Source of the DNA: Ptychomitrium polyphyllum
Taxonomy: Eukaryota
Length of the DNA stretch: 64,000 bases
Direction: 5' to 3'
Assembly: GCA_973851085.1 (NCBI GenBank)
Contig: OZ316776.1
Span: 3,038,001 to 3,102,000 of the forward strand
Both the position numbers and the translations under genes were made by a program. The notes beneath the pieces were generated by a model. That model saw only the letters and a list, made by a program, of their open reading frames with translations. It was not told the origin of the DNA and did no database searches. This document shows positions 1 through 11,942 of this stretch, in pieces (within the stretch, counting starts at the first letter, position 1; each line of letters opens with the position of its first letter).

Positions 1-3000
1 TTGCATTCTACAACAATTAAGAGGACTACCCTTTGAGAGTTGCATCAAACTAAGATTCCAAAGAAATTTAGCTTTATATGCAATGTGGATGAATTACGTC
101 TTGTTAAGACACTTTAAGAAACTAACGTCTGTTAAATGCACTGAAGACATTGATTAAGGATATTAATGTGTCTTAAAAGGTGCGATGTTCATGAATCCAG
201 CTAGTTTTGAGCCTGGTAATTTGCGAATCCAATATGGCCATGACGATGACATCTAAGTCAACTTCAAGAGTACTTTCAGTCAGTTGATTAATTTCTGCAA
301 CCAAAGCTTGTAAAAATTAAAGTAAAAGTCATGACGTACAACATCCTAGAATCAAGAGTTTGACTTACAAAAAGAAAAAGTTTACAACAGTGAACTAATG
401 AAGAAAAACAAATTTATAACTTAGAATTGTTATGAGCAAAGCATGGAAAACAATCATTCATATTGGAATTAATGCATGGATGAATATTTAGAAGTTTCTT
501 CTAAACCTATTAACCAAGATAGCAACATTTGCAAAACTTTGAAAGTCCTTATAAAATACCCTTTGTTGGAAACATATACTCCACCAATATTTTTTCTTCT
601 AACAACATTTAGCAACAAGGAAGAAGGCCTAAAATTCTAGGCTATAACTACTATATTTACAAAGTTGATAAGGACCTTGATTGAATAATGAACTTAATTT
701 TTTCTTAAACTCCTTTCAACCATCCTTTACATTAAGCTCCCTTCTACAATTTTCCATTGCAATTCAAGTGTGTTTACAAGCAAGAAGCTATCAATAAAAG
801 GTAGTGAAGAGGTCAGTAAAGAGAAAAAGAACATCATATGATTTTTTGTATCTAAGTTGAGAATCTACAAGATGACATGATTGTTGAAGATGAGAAAAAA
901 ACAACTCAATTCAAAATAAGACAAGCATAGATATTTATATAGAAGCAAGTGATATTTTAGATTCTACAAATCAATGAATATAGCATTATAGAAGAAAGAC
1001 TTAACATTGGAGCAAATTTCTTCTTCTTTAATTATCTGTAATATGGAGATTAGCTTAATACAATAAAAATGGCACTTTTTTATTTGTCTCTTTTACTAAT
1101 TTTTAGTTTAGCTTCCACTTTTTCTTATTTTATATCTTATTACTATGAATCAATTACAATTTTTTTTTGATTTAATCCATAATCATAGTTTTATTATTTA
1201 TATACTTTTAGATTGCATTCATATCCTTTAATCTATAATTTGTCCAAATGGCTTTAATTACAACCTTCAAGCACAAATTTTTGGCCTTTTGAGATTTACA
1301 TCTTACTTTGATTTATACTTCATTTACTTCTAAGATCCGCCTTTAAAATCCACATCTTCTTTTAGACATGTACCTTCACTTTTTAAGACATTTTCCTAAG
1401 TATTTTTGCTTAATTGGATTTTTTTTTAAAGTAAAAAATCATCAAATGGATGTACTTCAAAATTTGGATGAAAATCTTTAAAAAAAAACCACAATCTATA
1501 GTGAGGAGAATATATAAATAGTTATTATTTTTAATAATTTAAATTTTATATAGAATTTCATTTAGGTTACATTAATTTCAACAAAAAAATAAGTGTGTAG
1601 ACTTTTATTTAAAATAAACTATTTCAGATTTCAAAATATCTTATATTTAAAGTTTATTTCCAAATTTTAAGATTTACAACTTTTTTGAGGTTGTAAGAAA
1701 TAAGTTTTATTAAGTCTTTATAAATATTATTAACATTTACCACTTAAGCTTCTAAATAGATTTTTTATCCAAAGAATTTTGCTTAGATTGAAATTTGGGA
1801 AGAGTTGATAAGGATTACAATATATTTAGGTACAATGGTAATAGCAAGAAAACTAACACCTATTAGTGGATTAAATGAAGAAAGGTGTCATTTAACATAA
1901 TATCAATTCTTTTCATTATACCAAATACATAATGGCTTTTAATTGGAATAAATGAATGGTGGTTTCTTTTGGACCATTTATGAATTATAATTGTATAATT
2001 AAATTATTAAGAGTTGAAAACAAAGATCTTTTTCTTTGCTAAGCATTTGGAATGGATTTGAAACTACAAAGGGATTTGTGAAGAATTATTTTGTTGAAGT
2101 ATAACTTGAAAGGTGTCAAATTGCATTATTTGTACAAGTTTATAACATCTATTTAAATCATTAAGTTAATAGAATATGAATTGCATTATTTAGATCATTG
2201 TGCAAATTGATAAAACTCCTCATTATTAAAAACATCCTATTAAATCATAAAATTCAAATATAAACTTTCATAATTTTAGGGCTTAATTATTATTAGAAAT
2301 GAAGTTATGAAGCGTTGAAGTGAAGAAGGTCATAAAAACTAAAAAGTTGAGAAGTAAATTTTGAAGGATTGGTCTTTAAAAAATATAACAAATGTGGCTA
2401 TAATTTGTAAATTTTGAAGCATCTTCTAAAGATAAAAACTTGAATTTAAAAAAAATAATGAATAAGACAAGTGATTATTAATCTATTACAAAAAGAATTT
2501 CCTTGCTTATTGGATAAAGCATACATTTTCTAATAGTAGTTCTCATGAAAGTATGCCTTTTGTATGGCAATTGCCAAAGTGTTAAAAAGTAAATGTTGTA
2601 TTTACATGAATTGATATTTGAAATCATAGTCATTGAAAGAACATTAAAATCTACATAAAATAAGCATAAAACATTTTAAATATGGATATTAGATGTTATA
2701 AACATGTCTTTTAATAAATATGATAATTTATGGAATTCAAAAAATATGGTCAAAATTTTGGAATTAGATGGACAAACTCATCAAATCATTTGCATTTGAA
2801 AGATTAGCTCCACTTATTTTTAAACTTTTGATGATATCTTTTAAATGCCATACTATAACATATTTGCAATTGGAGAATTTTTGTCATTTGATGGGCATCC
2901 AATGGTAACATTTTCAAGTATTGGTTTTACATGAATAAATTTTTTTTTTTTAACAGTTAGATTTTAGCATTGGAAACACTCAAAAAAGGGCCCATTAAAT

Positions 3001-5939
3001 TGCATTACAATCAAGAAATCTTTTCAATTATAAGTAAATCTAATTTATTGTAGAATTTTTTTTTATAAGCAAGTCCATTTCAATTAAATGGCCACTCCTT
3101 TAAACAAAGTGCAACGCATAAAATGGAATAAATTGTGTATTCTTTGAATTTTAGACTTCAATTTAACTTCAAAATACTCTTAGTCCTTAAGACCTTTATG
3201 TCTCAATGAATATTTTGAATATTTTTTGTGAATATTCCAAATATTGATTTTAATTGTCCAGACATTCTTGATGAATATTTTGAAAATTATTGTAACAACT
3301 ATTAGAAGTTGCTATAATAAAGTTTTAACAATTAGTAAATAATCATGAAGCATGTGTTTACATTCATAATGTATTAATTTCTTTTAATATTTGACTTCAA
3401 TGTAGATGCTTGAAAGATCTACTTTATACAGAGCTAAGAATGTTTTGTTAGCCTCAACTACAAAAGACAAGAGATTTTATGCATTTTTTCTCTATAAAAA
3501 AAATAGGTACAACTTAGCATGTAAGCTTCAAGTTTTGTTTAGCTCATAAGGCCAGATTAAAAGATTATAGGAATGTAAAATGTTCTTCTAAGTTTCAATT
3601 GCAATAAATCATATGCTTTTTTAAAATAAATAAGTTTAATTTTTTTTTTAATATTTCTTTGAATTTTCCAAATTAATGCTCTTCCAAAGATAAATGAATA
3701 ATGAAAGTAGTAATTGGCTATTTGCAAGATGAAGGAGGAAATACAAGTCACCTAAAAGGATGCACATTTCTGCATAAATCTTAAATAAATAATCATTTTT
3801 CATTATTTTAAGATGAAAACAAATAAAGTCAATTTTTTCAAAGGTTTTAAAGATTAAGTCATAGAATTTAGAAAAGCAAACTATCATCTTTTCCACAAGA
3901 ATGAACAATCAAAGGAATAATAGAGAATTCAAACTTCTTTAATGATGACCTACGGATAAGAAAACATGTGCTACTTCAAGTAACTTTGAAAGAATTGTGT
4001 TTACTCCAATATTTGTTTAATTCCTAAATGGCCATTTTCAATCTATATTGAAAAAATAAAACTCATCTCAAAAATTGCTAAAAATTGGCTCATATATTTT
4101 TTGAAAAGAAAAGAACAAATTATATGACATAGCAATATATTGAATTTTGCTTAAAGATTTAAGAATTTTTTTCAAAGGTCAAAGTAAATTATGCAAAGAT
4201 CTCATAATTATGAGCAAGAAGAACGTCCACCTCCAAGAAGCCACATGTCCATCAAAATTTCACTAGTCAACATGAAATAGTAAAAACAATGCATTAAGTA
4301 ACCTTTAATATAGAAGTTATTCTCATGTTCTCTAAGTTGGCACAAATCACCTTCTACTTTGAAGACAAAATCTTCAAAAATTATTTCTTCTTTTAGGCAC
4401 AATTTCTTTGCGACTTCTTTATCCATCAAATATTGTAATCGCAGCATTTAGTGATTGAATTTCAATATATTATTTTGTGGAAGTACATAATCGACTCTTC
4501 TTCAAGATCACAAGACTACTTAAAAAAGATCTGTGATACAACATACTCCTTAGGTGAATTCTTGAGCAAGAGTTAAATCTGGATTTGTCATGGTGTGAAA
4601 GTCGTAGGCAGTTAGAGGTCATGAAAAAAATGCTCACTGCAATAATTGATTATTGTTGTCCTGAATCCTGATGAATCTTGAAGGCAGCAAACTCCTTGTG
4701 CAACAAATTAAAGCGAGATACTCGCCAAGGAGGCCAAGTCTCCCACCGCCATTCGGTCGCGGCTGCTGTGCATTGGTACTAGCTCGAGTCAGCTGTCCAT
4801 CTTTTCAGGGGCAGGATCCCAAGGGGGTATGTATACAGGACTGCTAGTGCGCTATTTTTCGGCCTTTGGCATCACGCCGCAACTCAACATGAGTCGTAAA
4901 GCGACATATGTGGGATATGTACAGTGTAAGATTCGAACCATGTGGCTTCGTATTACACAAGTGATTGATACTTATCCTGCATCCTGGAGGTTGAAAGTTT
5001 CGGGAATTTCAAGAAGTTTGGTTGTTATACGTTTACTTTAAAGTCGTATTATATGCATGCCTGGCTCACATGTCTGCATGAGGAATCTAGGGTGGAGTAC
5101 GGTTGGTGTACGAGACTGCATGCTCGTGCACTCATTGTGGTGCCATTCAGTCACGACAGCCATCAAGTCATGTGTCGGTCCAGTGCAAATGATGAAACCT
5201 GCTTTCTTTCTATTCGAAGAATAAAAGTAAATGAAAAGTTATTCGCGCAGTCCATTAGTTCTGAACGACCTGGCTTTGCATTATCACTAACGTCCCCACC
5301 AGAAGTCACTGATGGTAGTCTCTGAGCGAACGTTCGCAAGCTGGAGTAGAGTGTTTATCCATTCCAAATTCACATTTTCCAACTGCGAATGCAGAAGTGC
5401 TGATTTTGAATTTGAATCAATGCAAGCGTGGAAACACACTGGAGACAGTTTTTGGTACCATGATTATTGTTTATTGAGTGTTGCAATACAATGATAACAG
5501 CAAAGTGCTGCATTCCACATTTCTAAGTAGTTCCATATGCGCAACAAAAAAGTCATAATAATCATCTAACTGGACCCGAACCATTGCCAGTTCCGAGAAA
5601 AATATTGTCGACAATTGCGCTACTCCTGATTACCGGAGCGAAACTAACCTAATAATCTAACATACAAGACGGGTTTGAATTCGCTCTCAATCAGGACACA
5701 GACAACACGAGTTTTATTTACTTCGTGTTTGTTTGCCAATTGACAGCGCCAGTTCGCGCCCGCAGGTCTCAAGGACGCCAAATACGCCCCGCAAACCCTA
5801 ATTCTTCAGTCCTCCTGATGAACCAAAAGCAGCATCCGGAACCGCATCTCCATGAACCACCGCCGTTGAGTGTACCTGCTTCTCGGCTTCCACGTTGCGA
5901 TGCGTTTTGAGAATTGTTGAAATTGCAAATCCTAACGGC

Positions 5940-8614
5940 TTAGTCAGATTGATTCAAATCTAACCTTAGCTTGGTCTGGTGCAACACCTGATCGATGGTA
6001 ATGTCGAATGCGTCTCTATAAGGAAACACATCGCTACCAGGTGCGCTGTAAATCAAGCCAGGAATCATGGTGTTGATGATTAGATCCCGCATGGAATTGC
6101 GTTGCTGGAGGGAAATCTTCTTCAACTCGTCGACAACATTCACGGTTCCTTTGATGACATCCTCCTGGTTGATATACACCGACCAGGAGGATTCATTCCG
6201 GGGCAAGTGCCAGGGGTACTGTAAGTACGCCGTCTGGGGATTGAACAAGACGGGGATGCATCCCGCGATGAGCGAGTCGAAGACGGAGCGGCGCGAAGGG
6301 CTGTCACCTGGGGGTTGCATGCAGAAATGCGTCCCCAAGAAGGCTCTTGTCACGAATGCGGGTTGCAAGCACAAATCCTTGTTGCATTCCACGAATCTGC
6401 AGTCGATACTCCGGGTCACATTTAGGCATTGTCTGACGAGCGCGGTGCGAGGGTTCATTGGGTCGTTCTTGCGCTCCTTGCCTACAAACGTCACCAAGTG
6501 CGAGCGCTTCTGTGACCTCACGTGTCCCAGCCATGTGTCGATGTCGGAGGCGGATTGCGGGTGGAAGTACGTCGGATGCGGGACGCCCACGTCGTATTCG
6601 CTCCACGGGTCGCGCTCAATCATCAACCTCGTCACTTCTTTCAGTTCCGGGAACATCAACATCCTGCTACCCCAAGTTGCATCCGGCTGCCGCCGAAAAT
6701 CCCACGAGATTTTCCCCAGCACGAGCACGTGATCCTTTCCGGCATTCCGCCGATACTCCGGCTGCTGTCCAAGCCAAGCCATCAACTTCAACGACAACGC
6801 ATCACGCTTCTCATTCGAGGTATTTGAATCGAAATGCCACCGAATCACATCTAGCCCTGCATAGTATGGAATGTAATACAAATTCGCCTTCTCCCGGTCC
6901 TCGGTGCGGCACTTGTACTTTAAAATACGCGCGTGAGAAATCATCTCTAAAGCATACTGATGCGTATTGAACCACCGGTGACCCGGCACAAATATCTGCG
7001 TCCCATTGTCTACACCATTGACAGGCACTCCTCTCCCGGAATCTGTAACATAAGGACACAGGCTAAACCACGGGAACAAAGACCCGCACATCCCTACAAG
7101 ATCCTTGTTGTACTCAGGTGGGAGGTCGTATACATATACACGCCGCCCGTCACAGCTCTCATCGGCCGAGTTTCCAGCTTTTCGAGTCGTATATGGCAGC
7201 ATCTTTGCACGGATTGTTTCTTCCAAGTACTTCAAATCGGAGCCTAGAGGACCCAGCTTCCATGCGTCGGTGCCAGCCAAGTGCGTCTTGTTCCCCCAGA
7301 TGTATGGCAGTACCTCCAGGTTGATGCCCAATGGATTCTCCTCCGAGGCTTCCGTTTCGATCGTTTCTTCTTCATTAATCAGCGCAAGATCCTCCTCCTT
7401 GGTTTTCTTCAAAGCGCGTGCCCTCTCCTCCTCTTCATCCGTCTTGCCGCTGTCCGGGTTTCGAGATGCTTCCAGCCTCGCATTCTCGAGGCTCGACAGC
7501 TCAGTTTGGGCAGGAGACACTTTGAATTGCACGGGAACCGCTTCTAAATAAACCGGCGCCTCTTCCTTCTCATCTGTTTGAACAGGAACCTCCTTAGTTT
7601 CTTCTCTTTCGACCATACTGGCTTCGTCTGTTTTTTCAGTCTGAGCAGGCTCCACCTCTTTCTCTTCTGTTTGAGCCGGAGACTCTTCAGATTTCTTAAA
7701 TTGTGAAGGAGCCGAGTCTTCAACAATATTCTCGGAATCCGATTTGTTCAATTCCTCGCGTTCTGTCGTTGATGGAATCATTGACATTATGCTATCATAC
7801 TGAGCTGTTATCTCTTCAGCTTCCACTTTGGTCACTTCTTTCTCAATTCGGCCATCCTGAACGTTATTATGGTCCTGCCAACCAGGCATATTGTCAGTTG
7901 ACGGATTTCAGGTGACAAAACACAACGGTGCTGCGGAATTCCAGAGGTGCACGATTTTAACCTTTCGTAACTGCTCACCGTGAACGCATCACCCAGATCT
8001 CGGACTGAACCTAGCGATCCCACCCTGCCTACCCACTCCGTCTTGTACTCGCGGTAAATTTCAGACGAAAAAACTTGAGAAATTTCAGAGCAAGCCTCTA
8101 GAAGGAAGTTGCTAAGGTCCAGAATCAACTTACTAACTATTAATCGAAAATCTAGAACTACGGAGACGTCACAAGGTTCTTACACAGCACTAGCTCACAA
8201 GGCAATCAGCAACTTGCACAATGCAGAGACTTCAGAACAGGGAATTTTCACCAGCACTTCGACTCACGCACAGAATTCGAGGAGAATTGATTTGGAAGTG
8301 TAGGAGATAGACATGAATCGGTGAAAGCGAAACGAAGAAGAAAGTTGCAGGAGGAATCTTGAGCATTTGGTGGAAGTTCTAATCCCGGAAGGCAGCCGAA
8401 AGGAGATTCGACCTAAAAATGGAATCACAGCAAATACCTTGTGATGTAGAATGGTGTCGCCCACAGGGCCACTGGAAGCGGGGTCGAAGGGCGAGAGCGA
8501 GGAGTTCCAGACGACGAAGACGAGTAGCATGCTTGCGGGGATCAGGAACTTCAATTTGTTGCGCACCAGAGATCCAGTGGTTGCCGCTGCTCGGGTTCCA
8601 TACTTCTCACCCAT
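5940..8614 (-). CDS. GT47 (exostosin family) xyloglucan galactosyl/galacturonosyltransferase, MUR3/KATAMARI1-like; join complement(8438..8614, 5940..7874), about 703 aa type II Golgi membrane protein
   Basis: The 649-aa ORF carries GT47-A motifs: CDGRRVYVYDLPPEYN, WFNTHQYALE, YIPYYAGLD, GKDHVLVLGKISWDFRR, VPHPTYFHP, FCMQPPGDSPSRRSVFDSLIAGCIPVLF, AYLQYPWHLP. An upstream exon (ATG 8614, MGEKYG...KLKFLIPASMLLVFVVW) supplies the signal anchor. Donor AAG|GTATTT at 8438/8437 and acceptor TTGGCAG|GAC at 7875/7874 (CTGAC branch-like motif upstream) are both phase 0. The exact subclade (MUR3/XLT2/XUT1) cannot be resolved by eye. Confidence 0.92.
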
Positions 8615-11600
8615 GTTCACCGCAACGTGGTCAACTTCGGTTCTGCCGCACACTCGCAAACTTATACGCCCAATGCCGTGTACATGGATAATACACCTTG
8701 ACAGAGAGACTGTGCACGTCGATTTAATCACTGTCGATCACGCTCGCTCAAATGGTGACATATCACCCGTTTCCGCTCTCGTCCTAGATCCAAAATCAGT
8801 ACTGACCATTGCTATTAACGGCGCTAGCTCTTCCACCTGAAGATTCTCTTGCACAACAAGAGCCGATGTTAGAGAAAAGTTATAAATGCATGGCTAGTGA
8901 ACGCTTCCAGAAATCGACGTTTCGATACATTCATTTGCCCTGAAGAGAACCACAACCACAACCAACCACCCAAGCAGTTAAAGCTTGCAATGAGCATATT
9001 TTCAAGTTCTCACCGCGTCCTCGAAGGAAAGAAAATGACAACCAAGTCAATACACAAACAATGCAACCGACCAAAAGAATTCACAAGTGCGTACTGCAAT
9101 CTCCGGACCAACGAACACTAGACCTCTCCCCTCAACCCACCTCGTACAAACATACACACTCAGATTTAGTTCAACCAACTCTATCCAAGGAAAACTGTAT
9201 GATGTCTGAGGCAGCACCTGAAGTACAATACTGACACCAGCTAAACCTTGCACCAGATCCTACATACCGCTCAACAGTAACCGACTACCACAGCGAAACC
9301 CAGACTCACGCTCCTGAATTCGAAATCTGTGACGTTTGAAATCACGAATGACACGATGTACCTGCCTCAAATGCAAATCGCACAGATATATGGATCCTCT
9401 AAGAGCGATGCAATCACGCATATAAACCCGAGACGAGATCTAACTTGCCAGATACTGCAATAAGGATGGTTGCAGTCCTACAGATAAAATGTGCAGCAGG
9501 GAGGGACACGAAGGGGTTTCTGAATGACAGAATAGAGGTGGCGGAAAACAAACCTACATATTACAGTGCGAACTTGACAAGACTCGAACTTGGGCCTCAA
9601 TCACAGGCTCTGACACGAGCCGCCAGGTAATTTCAAGCACAAAAGCATACTCCGGGAATTATTTTCAAACTTTTGAGTCCTCGGAGCAGAACCATTTTTC
9701 CCCGTTGGTAGTAATAGCGTGCGGGGTGTATGATGTACTATTCATGATTCAGAATTCAATTGGAACTTGCAGGAATTTTAAGTTCTTTCATCCGGTGAAA
9801 GTTTCAAACACAACCAAGAGGGAAGGCGGAGTTGGAAGTTTGGCAGGTTTGACGGTGACTTTGGACCTGTATGTCCCTGTCCTGACCACCGAGTTCCTCA
9901 TCTTTCGCCGCAGAGTGTGTACACTACGAGCAGGGCTATTATTAAGTAAGCTAACACATGCTTCGTATCTACTTTGCATTGTATTATTGGCCGAACGGCA
10001 GCAATATTTTTTTCAATATTTCTGAACTTTATTCCGTAGGCGATCAGGTAATGATAAAGGGAAGCCCTATTACGATTGTCGTTATGTTGAGAACGAGGAA
10101 GGTTAGATACCGTTGTGATTAAGTCATGGGGCTATGGCTATGGCTATGGAGCCGTGGAACATGACTACGATGGCAAGTTCGACTAGACGTCCAGTTGGAA
10201 AACCATCTCTGGACGGATTATTGCGATCCAAACAACAATAAAACAACCATTCGGGTGCGCATTCTGCATTCCCTATATATTCTCTCTGAGCCTAGGTCCT
10301 CACCTTTGCAAAACCCATGAAAAAGCTTAGAAACGTGAAATATGCAGCAGTAGGTGCTATCCAGTTCCTTTAAAGTTGCAAAAATTTTAATGGGATTTGG
10401 TGTGAATGAGTCGACAGCTGTGACCTATTAAGGCAAGAACAGGGGTGTTTGACTATGGCATTCTCCAGATTTGGATCGATTTGCTAGAATGGGGTTAAGG
10501 AAAGTTCGATTTGCTACAATTGTCTAGAACTTGAAGCTTAAGCGTTACTTTTCATTTCAGTGAAAATCAACTTTGTTCGGGCCTCCCTCGTGGTTAATAG
10601 GCATGTATCTTTCTTTTATGGTTTTTCTTCAACACAAGTGTAAACTTTACTTATTACTGCAGATAATGATACAACAGCGTATACACGCAAGTTCAACTAC
10701 AGTTAAATACTGATAATACATTTGAAATACTATGGTAATTACTCAAATTGTAAATGGAATGCAAGGAAATTCAAGGTTAGGTAAATCTGAACGACTGCGG
10801 GTCCTTCTACGGTTAGACACGGATGGTAAATTCGAAAATGGAATATTTATCCAAATTGTAAATTGAAGGGAGAGGTAAAATTTGAACGTTTGCAGGTTCT
10901 CGATTGGCATTCTATGATGGAGGGAAATGATGGGTTGCCAGCAGGGCACCTGCTTGATTCGGGGAGATGTGCTGTGTTTTTGACAATTCATTTGTCACCC
11001 AAAAATAATTTGAAAATGATGAGCTGTGTGGCAGAAGGGAGTAGTTGGGTTTACATGGCTCGCAGAACCAAGTCATCAACCTCGGAGGCTCACAGCCAAA
11101 GCCGAAGTGGTCATTCTCTCCGGAGTCTTGACTTGGGCGAGTCAAGTGGCACTAGTGGAGCCCAAGCCAAGTACACCAAGATGGACACTAATTTCATTGG
11201 CTAAACGACTGTGTTCTTCAAATTACCATATTTTGTGTGATCCGGTTCGAACGTCGCTTATTTCAAAAGAATGAAGAATTCTCAAAATAATCCTTTTTTC
11301 AAAAGAAGCTGCACTCTAAGTCCGTGGCCCATTTGATGCAGATCCAGACTAGCAGCTGGGTGAAACTAAACACTACTTGGCATGTAAAGAGAGATGGATG
11401 AGCGGTTGCTTTTGGGTTTTAGCATCAATGAAATTTGGCTAATGACTAGTAACGCCCAAAATTCAAAGTTGTAATTCTATTGAAAGTATTTCTTCATGAA
11501 TTTGGTAGTCTTCAATTTACTAAGGAAATCATTATTAGGAAAATTCTTATTTTGAGTAAGATACTAATTCATTGACTTCAAATATGAATAGGTTAATAAA

Positions 11601-11729
11601 ACTTATATCTATACAAGGCCCACATCAATTAATAAGCATGATCCTATTATAGATGAATCAATTTCATTTGTAATATAAATCTCCAAAATCCACCATGGAT
11701 GAGTTAAGTTGTATTGATAGCAATAGAAA

Positions 11730-11942
11730 TTATTAAATTATAGACTTTTTAGTGAACTTTGAACTTCAAATTTATGAAAGAATTCTTCTATTTTAATGGA
11801 AATATGGCTTCAAGTTTTAAATATCATTATCATCAATAAGATTATAAAATTCCTAAAATTGAAGCCATACTCCATTATGATGTAGGCATCTTTGTAAATA
11901 CTTGGAAGTGTAGATTTTTCTAAAAAGTCCAAATTTAATAAT
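11730..11942. repeat. Long imperfect inverted repeat (fold-back / MITE-like element)
   Basis: TATTAAATTATAGACTTTTTAG (~11731) pairs with CTAAAAAGTCCAAATTTAATA (~11920-11940). TAATGGAAATATGGCTTCAA (~11794) pairs with TTGAAGCCATACTCCATTA (~11859). The central spacer is about 30-45 nt. Confidence 0.7.

Noticed and set aside
5058..5095. TGCCTGGCTC matches the first 10 nt of miR160
   Set aside because: The rest of the 21-mer diverges and no proper miRNA/miRNA* stem forms; most likely chance.
6067..7551. Several long ORFs overlapping the GT47 gene on the opposite strand or other frames
   Set aside because: Shadow ORFs of a GC-rich coding exon with no recognisable domains.
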